NCBI GenBank assembly: GCA_021613535.1
Contig: CP075496.1
Coordinates: 13,888,001 to 13,952,000, forward strand
DNA: 64,000 nt
From: Adineta vaga
Taxonomy: Eukaryota > Animalia > Rotifera
Reading direction: 5' to 3'
Shown: positions 12,801 to 26,107 of the stretch, in pieces
Layout of the letters: the number at the start of each line of letters is the position of its first letter
Numbering within the stretch: position 1 is the stretch's first letter
Program-made: the position numbers and the translations under genes
The notes under the pieces: generated by a model
Database searches by the model: none
Told to the model about the DNA's origin: nothing
The model's input: only the letters and a program-made list of their open reading frames with translations

Positions 12801-15800
12801 TTTGAAATTTAGGTCGCTGAAAATGCATGTGAAAATACATTAATTGGTTCGTTAATCTTAGTTGATGGAATCGGTGATTATGCATTTGATCTTATCGATA
12901 ATGCAAATGGACGATTTAAATTAAATGGAACAAATCTCTTCGTAAAATTTCTTTTAAAAAAATCGAATTTTCTTTTGTTATTCTTTTTTTCTTTCTAGAC
13001 GAATCAAACTTATATTGAACATTGCCATTTAAATCATACATGTCCATTAGATTATGAAATCGAACCAAATATTAATATAACTGTTGCTGTTCGTGATCCA
13101 TCAACAAATGAAATTCTTCGTCAAATTGTTTATTCAATTCAACTTCAAGATGAAAATGAAACACCACATAATTTAACTTTATCAAGTAGAATTCATTCTT
13201 CTTTGTTTACATAATATATTTTTGAATTTTAGCTCAATCTACTCCTGAAAATACACCGGTAGGTTCAGTTATTGCTTTCATCGATGTTCATGATGATGAT
13301 ATTAATCAAACAATAACTTATTCAACGACTAATCCAATGTTTACAATAAAAGAAAATCAATTGATTTTAAATAGTCCATTAGATCATAGTTTAAGAGAAA
13401 ATGTTTCAGTTTATATTCGAGCGACAGATAATGGTCAACCACCAACATTTGTAAATATGAAGTTTTTTTTTTCGAAATAGAATAAAGAAAAATATGAAGT
13501 TGTCTTTAGACGGAAAAATTGTTTTTAATTAATGTTACACCAAGAAATCGTGCACCGATTAATGTTACTTCAACACCAATGATATTATATATATCTGAAA
13601 ATTCAGATCCAATTCCATCTATTATTGGACAAATACTTATTATTGATCCAGATGAAAATGAAATTTTCGATATTAAATTTGATAAAGCAAATTTTTTGGC
13701 ATTAATTCCATCAACAGATCCATATTCATTGATTTTAGATGATGGATCCGTTGTTTATGTAATAAATAGATTTCATCTTTTTGTTTTTTCTTTTCATCTA
13801 CTGATTTTCTAGGCTCAATTATATAATATATCTGTTGTGGATTTACATCCTCCATTAGTACAATCGAATACATCTTTATCAACAGATGTTACAGCAACAA
13901 TTACTGATTCATATAATCATTCAATAACATATAAATTTACAGTAGAATATCTACCGAAAACAAGTGAGAATTCCACAATATCAACAACACCATTATTAAT
14001 AACAACAACGGTAAGTTAAGAAGAAAATATTTTGTATTTATAAAAATCATGAAAACAATCTTCTTTGTAGATTGGATCATTATCACAAGCTTTACATATT
14101 CATATTTATGAAACAACTCCGTCGAATACTCCAATTGTTCGTGGTGTTCTAAGTACTTTAACAATTAATCATACATCAAATTGTACAGTTATAGATGAAA
14201 ATTATAATTCATTTCCAATAAATTTAACTCAATTATCATTTATTATATCTCTTCCAATGAATTATACATTAAATTCAACGATAACTCCACAAATATTTCT
14301 TGATGTTCAATGTATTTTTTCGAATAATTCAACTATGGATCAAGTAAGTTTGTTTAGATAAAAGAATTGTTTGAATTTATTGAGATTAGGCTATTGTTAT
14401 CGATGTTTTACCGACTCCACCTCCTCTACAAATCAATTTTAATCAAACAAAATCATTCGATGCAACGAATAACATTACTAATCAAACGATATTAGGTCAA
14501 TTTTATTTGACGGAATCAATAAATCGAACATTTAATCTTGAATTAATTAATAATGAAGATATTTTTCAAGTTAGTTTTCTTATATTTCCAAGAAAATAAA
14601 AGATTTCTTTTATTTTAGCTTACATCAAATTATAGTCTCATTCAAATCGGTCCCTATCCAACGAATATCATCGAATTAGATGAACCAAATATTAATCTAA
14701 CAATACAAGCAATTGAAATAACTCCTAACTTACCAACGCGTATCGTTCAAACAACATTCAAGATTCCTGTTATTGTCAATGCAACAATTCCAATCATTAC
14801 ACTCAGTGCAACATCAATACTATACGATACAAGTTTTAATATAACAATCGGAAATTTTAGTGTGTATAGTATTAAAAGACCTTATCGATTGACATTACTT
14901 GAATCGTATGATAATGGTCTTGAATTAGATTCATTAACAAATAGTTTGATATTAAAACGACCAATAAATACATTTCCATTGAAAGATAATAATACTCGAT
15001 TACGAGTTACAGTTGCCTTAGTAAATGAAACAAATGGAACAATTCTTTTCACAACATTTCCATTAACAATAACTCATTCATTACGAACAGATTTATGTGC
15101 AACGAAAGATTGTGGTAATGGTTCATGTATTTCTTTAAATGAAACGTAAGAAAAGATTAAATGAAATCAAAATTGAGCTTTATTTTCAAAATTAATTCTA
15201 GTTCATCCTATTGTTTATGTACAAGTGGATATATCGGGTTAGATTGTCGAACAATTGATCATTGTGCTTATAATCCATGTTTAAACAATGGTATTTGTGA
15301 TCAATTATCGATTGAAAATGATTTTTCGTGTCAATGTTTACCAAATCATTCTGGTAGATTATGTGAAATCTATGTTGATGTTTGTCAATTGAATTTATCA
15401 CTTTGTTCATCAAACGATATTTGTATTCCAATCAATGATAATCTTACAAAGTATATTGAAATTGTTCATAGAAGAATTTGTATTTGATTTATTTTAGTTT
15501 TTATCAATGTTATTCGCGAGATGAATTATTTTATTTCGTATTTGATTATATGAATAATTATGAAACAATCGATATAACAAATGATGTAAATTTATCAAAA
15601 CAAATTGAAGAATTTCTAAAATTAAATAATTCGGAAATAAAAAATATTTTTATTTCTGAAAGACAAATACTTGGACCATTGAAATATAATCGAGCTGCTT
15701 TAATATCAATTGGAATTGAAGATGGAAATGAAAATAAAACAATATTTCAAAGAATATGTACTAATCAATCGTTCAATAGTAAGATCAATATTTATACGAG

Positions 15801-18800
15801 AAGAATCTTTTGGCTAGATGATTTTATTTTCTATTCTAGTTGATACATTTAGTCGTGAATTATGTATTGGTTATGATCAAGCTATTCAATTAACGAATTA
15901 TTTCAAATCATTACCAGATTTTTGTCCGAATTGTACTTTTACAGAAGCAGCTGATAAATTCTATTGGTTTGATAAAACACTTCCATTTTTACCTTTATGG
16001 TTAACTTTAATCCGTAAAAATTCATTCGAATTTTTCATCTTTATCTAATTTCATTTCGTTTTTATAGTTGGATCTTTTCTATTGGCTGCTCTTCCATTCC
16101 TTCCACTTGGTTCAAATGTTCCAAAGAAAGTTGAATTGCCATTAATGAAAGCAAAAGTTAATCTTGAAAAAGAAGAAATTGAAAATCCAATGTAAGTTTC
16201 GGTTTTTTGAATGTTTGTTTCATTTAATCCTTTAAAGTAAAATAAATATTCTTCTGATTGATTTGAATTGTTGATGCGTTATATTTTATCTCTAGATTAT
16301 TAAATTCCGTTCGATTAGCAGAAAAATCTAGGCGAGAAAGACATGATTCTGGTTACGAGAGTAATGAGGAGAAAGAAAACTATCTCGATCAAATTATAAC
16401 GAATTATCAGCAAGAAAATACTTTTCATGTTTATCCAATTTTACATGGACCACGTTCAACATCCTATGAACGTCGTGGTACAACAATAGATGATATTCTT
16501 TCATCACATTTAACTTCTCGATCTCGAACAAATTCATCAAGTCTTCCTCAACAACGTGTTCAACGTTCGAAATCTATGTCTCCTCATCAAACGAATCGTC
16601 GATCAACAACAACAGGAAATAGTCAAACATTAAAACCAATTATTCAACGTCGTTCAGAAATATTTGAATCAAGTATTGGAACATTAATTAGTTTAGTTGG
16701 TACACCACGATTAAATCGAGACGATGATACATATGTTTCATCAACATTTCGAAGTGAAAATACATCGAAATTTGTTATTGGAACATTGTGGAATACATTT
16801 GCATTAGTCAATAATCTTTTCCTACAACGACCACGAAAACGACGAAATGCTTTATCAGGAAATTTCAATATTCAAGCAGATGAATTAGCACGTTTACAAG
16901 AATTATATTCTCTTGCTGAACGTGAACAAGAGAGTCAATTTTCAACAATAAATCTTCAAACAATTCTTCGTGAAGCTTTATCACAACCGAATTCGAATCG
17001 AACAAATCATTTACAAGCAATTCTTTTCGATATTTTATCAACAAAAAAAGTCCATTCATGTACTTGTTATGGAAATCGTCATGTTCCTTCCTGTCTTTAT
17101 TATGATCATTCTTTACCTTATCTTCATTCTTCTCCACCGAGAACATCCAATCTCGAAAATATTTACGATTCAATTCTCAAATCGAATAAACCACATCGAC
17201 AAGATGCAACAACTCAATCAAATCTTGAAAAACCCATTCGATCTTCTACATATTTCAAATCAACAAATAATGTTTCAACACAATCAAGTCCAATTATATC
17301 ATTTAAACAAATTCATTCCGATAAATTCAATGTTTCAACGCAAACAATTGAAAATCGTTTTCTCGATGTTTCAACACAATTTAGTCCCAATGAATCCAAA
17401 CCAATTGTCGATCATATCTACGTCAATATTTCCACACAAGAAATTCAACCAAAACAACAAATCAATTCAAAGAAAATCATTGAAACTAATCAACGAAATA
17501 ATCTTCTCAATGAATTAAAAGACGTCTTTTCATCATCAACAACAAATGAATCTATACCAAATCATTCCGTTCGAAGTCTTGTTTCAATATTTGAAACAAC
17601 TTCACCAAACAAGTCGAATATAACATTCCCATCGAAAATATCCATTAAAACATTTCCTACTTCATCACAGATTGTATCAACATCGAATTTGAATCTAGTC
17701 AGTGAAGAAAATCTTGATCAAATCGAAGACTATGCAAATGAACTATCATCGAAAATCGTTGAAAATGCGGTTAAAACAACGATGATTCATTCTAACGAAC
17801 AACAAACTCAACGACGTTTTTCATCGTATAAAAATGCTGGTGAACATGGTAAAAGTTTATTATTTCAATCGAATACATTTGTTCCATCGATTGATAATAC
17901 GAAACAAGAAATCGATGAAAATTTTCAGGGTATTTCAAATCGTTTTTTGTTGTTGTCTCCATTCATTTGTTCTTCTTTAGTTGAAGGAAATGAACCTTTA
18001 ATTTCATTAATTTCTCTTCCAACTCAACATACATTAATTGTCGGTCGACATATCGATGGAAATCATTCCAATCGATCACGAAGAACTAAACATCGTAGTT
18101 TAACATTGGATACAAACAATGATTCATCATCTTTATCATCCTTTGATGATGAACAACAACAACAACAACTCGATCCACGACAATTTCTTTCCAATAGTCA
18201 ACTTTTTTCTGCGCATGAATTATATATTCGACCATGGCTTGTTCGTCGTGCAACAGCACCTGATATTCATTGTCTCGATAATAATATTAACGATACATAC
18301 ATCGAAGCAAATACATCATCTTCTTTGCAAATTTATTTTCCTATTTTTCCGCGTCATTCAAATTGCGATCTCTATACGCAATATACGTGTTTAATAACGA
18401 TCTTACTCTATCTTCGCGATATTCATGATCCATATTCTAATGGAATTTTATATGAAAAACTTGATAAAATTGAAAAAGAATTCAATAGTCCAAGTTTTTC
18501 CCCGCCTACGATTCAATCGAATGTATTTGAAACGATAAATCCCGATGGAAGTAAACGATATCGAACAGGATTTGTTCTTGATATCAATTCTATTGATTCA
18601 CCAATGACTCGACCGAAAATCTTCACTAATCAAATTGATTGGAAATACGTTAAACTTGTCACACGTCGTTTTAGAAAGAAATATCAACATTATAAACAAT
18701 TAATAAAGAACGATGAAATAAATAAATCGAACCCATCGACTATAGACAATTATCTCAGATCATTTGATTCGATTTCGAAACGTCGCATGAAGAAATATGC

Positions 18801-18825
18801 CAAACATTATGCAGAAAAAATCTAA
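9844..18825 (+). CDS. Cadherin-repeat + EGF-like single-pass membrane protein (Fat/protocadherin-like, multi-exon; 5' end uncertain)
   Basis: Repeated cadherin motifs: LNYEEQ/LDYE/PDYE, DINESP/DLNEAP/DENDPP, VPEN/LPEN/VREN, DPD/DQD, DNGxPP. EGF repeats at ~15095-15450 (CAYNPCLNNGIC..CQCLPNHSGRLCE). Hydrophobic segment spanning ~15980-16110 (LPFLPLWLTL|VGSFLLAALPFLPLG). Exon from 16296 is in frame with the 749-aa ORF ending at 18825. Confidence 0.75.
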
Positions 18826-19193
18826 TAGAAAAAATTTTGTTTATTTCTTTTAGAAATTAATTCTCAATACGAACAATAACAATGAACATTTCTCTTTTTG
18901 CTTTATTTACGAAATAAAATTCATTCTTTTCTCATTGGTTGGTAAAATGTATTTTCGTACTCGATTGACCGTCTATACTAGTAGGCAAGTTTGAACATAA
19001 AAGTTTGTTTTCTTTGTAAGAGAATAGTAAGATTAGCTTTGTCACATGGCAGAGATTTCGTCTATCCAGGGTGAAAATAGCGAGAGAGAAAAATATGTAT
19101 AAATATGAAGCGAAAGAAAAGGAAAAAGTCGATTTACTATTTCTTCTTTTTTCGATCGATTGTTGAGGGTAATAATTTGAAAATTAGAAGAAT

Positions 19194-22030
19194 ATGGAAC
19201 GACACGAATCTCGAGAGATGATTGATGAACAAGAAGAACATACGATTGGAAGTTTAGATACATCAATGGATAGATATTTGGAAAATCATGGACTTTGGAG
19301 AAAACGAATTCCACAAGGTAAAGAAATAGCGAAAAGATATTTCATTTTTAATGTTCTGTTCGATTTAGATGGATCAAGTTTATTTCGTGCTGTATCAGAA
19401 GCTGTAGGAATATTTCATATGTTATTCAGTTTTGTTCTTAGAATTTGACTTTGTTTAGTTATTTTCTACACAAGTTCATCATTATGATGTACGATTGAAA
19501 TGTATTGATCATATGGAACTATATGGAAATGAATATAGTCAAGTAAGAGAGAGAGAAAATGTTTGAAGATAAAAACATTTGTTGTTTTTAGTTTATTACA
19601 ATGAATTTATCGGAATATTTAACTCGTTTAAAAGATCCAACAGTAATAAAGTTTTTTTAATCTAATTTAAATGAAAGTTTCCGTTGAATTGTTTAGACAC
19701 CGGGTGGTATGCTTGAAGTTGAAGCACTTGCACGATGTTATCGGTATGATTTGTTTTAATTTATTCAAAATAGAAACCTCTTTTCTCTCGTTTTAGTGTA
19801 CGAATTGTTGTTTATTCTGGTAAAGATCATTCGCCTGTTGAATGTCAATATGGTTCAAAAAAGATTATGTTATCATTAATTGGATATCAATTCGATCGAG
19901 TTGTTACTGAAGAACGTCGACGATATTTGGGCATTGTACAAGGTAAAATATATCTTTTTCGGAATAAAATATTCGTCCGATTGGATCAAATTGATATTGA
20001 AATGTTTTGATTTGATTTTTCTTCTAGCTTTTATTTACAAACTTATTTATAGTGATGTATTTAATCAAGCAAAAGTTTATGAGCAAGGCATAGCAATTCT
20101 ACGTAAATCGGATACACTTTATTATGGAGTGAAAGGCGCTAGCATGCAAAAGTAAATTAAGAAATTTGAAAGAAGCAAAAAACAAAAAGAAATTTTGAAA
20201 TTTTTTTTTGTTAGAAAATCTGATCGAAATGAAAAGAAAACAACTCATGAATCAATTCCTGTACCTTATCGTACGGCAAAAGCATTTGATCCAGCTATTT
20301 ATCGAAATGTTGCATATGATGTTTATATGAATGATCATTTTAAGAAGTATTTTGATCGAAATCTTGCAAAAACACATCCACAAATTCCATTTATGACACA
20401 TAATCGATTAATCGAACGATTTGGTTTGAAGAAAAGTCTTGAAAAAGAAAAACAAAACTTTCAAAATTCCTATTTTTTCTTAGGCGTGAAAATGCATTTG
20501 CCTGTTTCCTATATAAATCTTCCCGGTTGTCAACGAGTGATTGTTATTTTATCGAATTCTGATGAATTATTTGCTTATTACGTTGGAGAAGATCCCGATA
20601 TTAACATGCATAATGTTTATGTTGTCAAATATGGTTCAATGTAAAGATTTTTTCCGAGAGTTTTGTTTTAGATTATCAAAATTTGGATTTAGGATGAAAA
20701 CAACAAAGGAAAAAATGGTGGAATTTCCACCCTCACCTGGTCGTCGACCAGTTACATTTGCAGTTTTGAAACGTAATACAACTATTTATCGAAAATTAAA
20801 ACCTTGTTGTAAGTTTCATGAAGTTTTTCTTCGCGAGATTCTAATGAAGAAAATCTATTGAATCTAGTGGATGCAAGTTTGCAATTTTTTGAAGAACGTT
20901 CATCAAGACGATTACGACAACAAGGTACTGATTATGGAAATAATCAATCAGTTCAACTGTAAGAATTTGTCATATAAAGAATTTTAAAATTGATTTATTT
21001 TATTCTTCGAAGTTTTCGTCCATATCAATCATTAATGTCACCCATGAATCCAACTGTTCTTTGTTCACCACCACTTGACAATTATGGTCCAAATTCGAAT
21101 TGGATTCCATCAAATCGTCAACAAGTACCAATCTTAATGCCAATGAATAATTCTGATCAAATGCAATTACATCATCGTCTCAGTGTGAATGTTACTGATC
21201 ATTATGAATGGACAACAAATCCATCAAATTATTTTTCAAACTATCCATCATCAGCAACAGCAACGAATTCATCAAATTTAGATACAATGTCAGTTAATGG
21301 AAGTTTAAGTAGTAATACAAGTACAAATGAAAGTCCATCTTATCCAATCTTAGCACCATTACCAACAGTTTATTTTAATCAATATCCTCAACAATCACCA
21401 ACCGAACAACAACAACAACAACCACCGTATGTACAATCAACGGTTTATTTTCCACAACAAATTTCACCGAGATTAATTCATGAACAAAATGATCCTTCAA
21501 ATAACAAGTATGTATTTGTGCTCTTTTGAAAGATATTTCAATGTCTGTTTCTTTAGATTTCTTTCTGGTCAAACTCCATTTGTTGTAATGGTAAGAATCT
21601 TTCTTAGAAAATCAACAATTGATTATTTATCTTTCATTTTTAGTCTCCATCACATCCATTAATTGGTCCCGGACCACAACCGCCAGCTGCTGCTGGTAAA
21701 AATTCTCAATTTTCTTTGATCTCGTTGATAATCTTCTTTTTTCTACTAGGATTTCATCCTATTTCAATGATACCACATATGTATATGGATCCGATGGCAT
21801 GTTCTTCAAACGGTACTAATATTTATCCTCCAGCACAGCCTCCTCTTCCTCCTCCTCCTCCAAATCAATCAATGATTTCTCCTCAACATCAATCTTCACC
21901 TTCATTTCCTATATATTATTCTTCATCTCCTACAACTCCATGGATTTCCACAGTTCCACCTGCAACACCTTATTTCATGTTATCTAATCCTCATCAAACA
22001 CCTCATTTTCCATTTCAACAGTTAATTTGA
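19194..22030 (+). CDS. OTU-domain protein of the OTUD4/ALG13/ovarian-tumor family, likely catalytically altered, with Pro/Gln/Ser-rich C-terminus
   Basis: Spliced translation: MDRYLENHGLWRKRIPQ|DGSSLFRAVSEA..GGMLEVEALARCY..GYQFDRV, then PVPYRTAKAFDPAIYRNVAYDVY, resembling the conserved PYKVxKALDPxIYRNVExDVW motif of OTUD4/ALG13; low-complexity P/Q/S/Y tail. Confidence 0.8.
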
Positions 22031-23735
22031 ACTATGTGTGTGTGTGATTTGTTTTCTTTTTTTTCATTGTTTCAGTTGTAAAAATTTTACTCTTGTACAT
22101 TGATTAGATCTATCTATCTATTATTGTTTGTGAACTAAAGACTTCTATTTTTCTTTCCTTATGGAATCTATTTGTATATATTATCTATCTTTGTGTCTTT
22201 GTGTGTAGTTTGTTTAAGTTAGCTTTTTTTTTTAATAAGCGTATACACCATGTGTATTAAACAAGATATATGAAAGGAAGAAGAATTAATACAAAGATGT
22301 ACACATATAAATTTCACTGATTATTATTTGACAGAAGAGCGCATTTTTCGATCATATCAAACAAAATTTATTTGATGTGATTAACAAAATCATTATTGAC
22401 TAGATTTTATAATTTCTTGATTCTCTTTTCTTATGGTTTCGAAAATAAAAATTAAATCAGTTCTCGCAGAGTTAAATTTGACGTAGAAAATCCTAAGGAT
22501 TTGACATGCAAATCTAATCGATGTTCTGAAAGTTCTCGGAATTATTAAGAAAAGAATATTATTTTCTTCTTGTTGTTCAACTCGTCACGTTCACTTTGAT
22601 AAACTACCATATCATTATTCACACGACGTGATTCGAATCTAAAATCCTCACGTTGCATGTTCATCTTTGACTTCATATTAAACTATAATCTTTCCTATAT
22701 TAATTACGAACATTTGAAATCTATTTTTGATGATTATATTTCTTCGATCATTATCAACAATCAATTTGAATAGGGAAATGTACTCATGAAATCAATATTG
22801 ACTTGTGTACAGGAAATGGTTTTTAACAAATCAAATTAAATATCTGATGTTCTAGGAAAATATCTTTTTGATTAATTTATAAAAGTTTTTATTTGATTTT
22901 TTTGTTCCAATAAAATAAAATTATTAGAGAACGTGATAGATATAAAGAACTAAGGAAAAAGGAAGTTAACCATAGCATTTTCTTTTTTTCTTCCTTGACA
23001 TCGACCTATGTGGTAACAATTCTGAACAAAACATTCCGACAAACTCATATAAAAGATATACGAGAAATTTTTTTCCTTCTTTTTCTTGATTAGAATAGAT
23101 CTTATCCCTTCAATTTTTCTCTACTTATACAAGAGAAAATCTTCATAAGATCAGATTAGATATATATATATATATATGTGTGTAGCATTCAAGAATCTGA
23201 TCTTTTTTTAACGTATAGCTTCTACACTCTAACAAAAAAGGTATGATTTTTGAAATGTTAATAATCTGTCAAGAATATCCGGAATATATCGTCTTTAAAA
23301 CCAAAAGAATCAACTATCTACACAAAACCTGTTCATAGATAGTGAAAACGCTTTTGGATATACTTAAATTTTCAAATGTATTGTAAAAGCTATACATAGA
23401 AAGAATTCATGACCGGACGATTTTAACCCCTGAAAATGCGTATTTAGAACACACCTTTTCTTTCTATTTGAAGATGTAATAATTAATATTCTCTTGTATT
23501 ATTAGAGTAAATATAAGTGTGAAAAACAGAAGTATTTCTCTCTCTCTCTTTCATTCTTATTTCCTCTTCTTTTTTTGACTCAGTAAATAGACTTTATGAA
23601 CTACATGATAATGAAAAGATTGAATAACTGTTAAGATAAGAAATCATCTTCTCATTAAAATAGATAACCATCGAAAGATGTTGATCTTATTTAAAGACAG
23701 ACTGACAATGCAAACTTTCTTTTCTTTTAGATCTT

Positions 23736-24332
23736 ATGTCGCATAAAGTTCATAAATTACCTCATATTCGACGTGATGATGTGGAGAAATCTCATTCATC
23801 CAGATCAACATGTCGACCATCAAGTGCTAAAACTACTCATGAAACAATAATCAATACAATAACGGGTTATGAAAATGATCTTGGCGATAAATTAGCACAA
23901 ATTGATCGTGAAGCTGAAATTCAAGTTCAACAAATTGAATTAACTGAATGTCTTCTTCTTATTGCCCAACTTGTCGAATTATTTAAACATACAATAATAA
24001 CATCTGAACTTCAAAATCAAGATGATTGGCATAAAGATACAAGTCATCATTTACGAAAACAAAATGGTGCAACTGGAAATACGTTAATTGATGATAAAAT
24101 CGAAGAAATCGTTCTAAACAAAGGTTTAACTAAACAACAATGGACTTGTCTTCTTTATATATCATTTAGTAATAGTGATACAATTGAAATTACTAAAACA
24201 AACAAAAAACATCTACAAAAAATTCATGATAAAGCATTACGTCTTTTAGAAATCGATGAACGTGATGCAGTTTTTGCGCTTATTCATGCAATTGAAACAT
24301 ACATGTCCAAAGATCATTTTAGTCATCAATAA
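23736..24332 (+). CDS. Hypothetical protein (198 aa, mostly helical-looking), no family recognised
   Basis: Uninterrupted 198-codon ORF with coding-like composition, preceded by a polypyrimidine/AG acceptor 5 nt upstream of the ATG. Confidence 0.55.
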   Translation: MSHKVHKLPHIRRDDVEKSHSSRSTCRPSSAKTTHETIINTITGYENDLGDKLAQIDREAEIQVQQIELTECLLLIAQLVELFKHTIITSELQNQDDWHKDTSHHLRKQNGATGNTLIDDKIEEIVLNKGLTKQQWTCLLYISFSNSDTIEITKTNKKHLQKIHDKALRLLEIDERDAVFALIHAIETYMSKDHFSHQ

Positions 24333-24505
24333 CATTTGGAAAAACGAACATTTTATTCAATATTGTCATCATGTTTTGTTTTGTCATGTGAATTTATTTT
24401 GTCATTTAGAAATGAATATATTTCAATCAGAAAAATTCGTCTTCAATAATTAATCTGGTAAAATAATGAACATTCTACCAAGAAACATAGACATCCTCAC
24501 AGTAC

Positions 24506-24601
24506 CAGTGTCTTATCCAGCGGGGGGCAATGTGCTTTTGGCCCTCCCAGAGGTAACATTTGCCCCCTCGGCAGTTTATTTTGCACTCCTGAAAAATACT
24601 G
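24506..24601. mobile_element. Short non-autonomous DNA transposon (MITE), hAT-like
   Basis: Exact 8-bp direct repeat CACAGTAC at 24498-24505 and 24602-24609 flanks a GC-rich 96-bp segment. The segment starts CAGTGTCTTATCCAG and ends CTGAAAAATACTG (imperfect TIR CAGT..ACTG). Internal inverted repeat GGGGGCAATGT / ACATTTGCCCCC. Confidence 0.75.
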
Positions 24602-24992
24602 CACAGTACGTGTAAAGTTAATTCGAAACACGCAGCAATCGAACGAATGCTTTAGCGTAGAAACTGATAGTAAGAACTTGGAAATACTGAACAGTGATCT
24701 ATATTTTTATATATAATATTGAATAGACTTTAATCTTAGAATAAAGGAATGACGTTAATATCTATTCAAGTCGAATAAAAGATCTTTTTAAAGAAAAATA
24801 AAACGGAAATTCATTTGTCTTGAGAGTTGAACAAAAATATTCTATATAAAATAGTTCAAATGAAACTTATAAATGTCATCAAATGATCCTTATAGATAAT
24901 TAATTACATATTTTCTCGAAGGAATTTTTCTTTAGTTTAACACAATAAAATGATTTAATATTTTATTTTTAAGAAGACAAAATTTTCTTCAA

Positions 24993-26000
24993 ATGACAAC
25001 CTTAAATTATACATCGTATTCTCAAAATTTGACTGTTTTATATGATCGTCATATGCCATTGTCCATTCGATTTTGGCTTTATCTTATTCCGAATATCTTC
25101 TCAATTCTCTGTTCAATCTTTGTTTTATTTCATTTTCTATTTGATCGAAATTTACGACAAGCATTAAATAATCATATTATCATTATTTTATTAATTATTA
25201 GTTTAATTTATGAATTAACAAGTGTACCTTTAATGCTTCATTATTTTCGGTTTGCTTCAACTTGGAAATTATCACAAAATTTTGCACATTTCTGGACTTT
25301 TATTGATTATTTATGTTATTCAAGTCAATTAGTTGGTTTTGCTTGGGCGTCAATTGAACGACATATACTTATATTTCATTCTCGATGGATATTAACGAGA
25401 AAACGATGTTTTTTTCTTCATTATTTTCCAATAATTCTCTTATTTAGTTATTGTTTTATTTATTATTTTATTCTAATTATATTTCCATTTTGTGACGATT
25501 TACTTATTCCATCACCATTTAATGGCGTACCTGTGTCTTGTATTTTATTTAATTCGATTTTATTAACATATGATACATTGTGTCATCAAATTCTACCAAC
25601 GTTAATTATAATTCTATTGAGTACGACACTTTTTATACGAATTTTATGGCAAAAATCTCGTTTACATCGATTTATTGAATGGAGAAAACAAGTGAAAATG
25701 ACTGTACAATTATTATCGATATCAATTCTCTATTTAATATTTATGGGACCAAGAACAGTTTTACAATTTTGTTTATTTATCGGTTTAATTGGTGAAAACA
25801 TCTTTTTATTATATCTTCATAGTGGATTTTTTGCCAATTATATTATATTTCTCTTTCCATATTTCTGTTGTGTATCAATGCCTGATCTTCATAAACGTCT
25901 AAAACGTTTCTTCATATATCGAAAACAACGTTCAATTCTCATCCGTGAAACTTATCCAATGCATCGAAAAATTCAAGTTATTCCTCTAGTTGATCATTAA
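24993..26000 (+). CDS. Intronless class A (rhodopsin-like) 7TM GPCR, orphan
   Basis: 335 aa with seven hydrophobic segments; LRQALNNH after TM1; WASIERHILIF (DRY-equivalent ERH) at end of TM3; N-glycosylation sequons in the N-terminus. Confidence 0.85.
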   Translation: MTTLNYTSYSQNLTVLYDRHMPLSIRFWLYLIPNIFSILCSIFVLFHFLFDRNLRQALNNHIIIILLIISLIYELTSVPLMLHYFRFASTWKLSQNFAHFWTFIDYLCYSSQLVGFAWASIERHILIFHSRWILTRKRCFFLHYFPIILLFSYCFIYYFILIIFPFCDDLLIPSPFNGVPVSCILFNSILLTYDTLCHQILPTLIIILLSTTLFIRILWQKSRLHRFIEWRKQVKMTVQLLSISILYLIFMGPRTVLQFCLFIGLIGENIFLLYLHSGFFANYIIFLFPYFCCVSMPDLHKRLKRFFIYRKQRSILIRETYPMHRKIQVIPLVDH

Positions 26001-26107
26001 GATCATTTCTCTCCGAATCCCATATACAAAAAAAAAAACAATCATACACAAATCAACGTTAATATTTTTTTATTTCAAAAGTAAATAAATGAAGTTAATT
26101 GACTATA

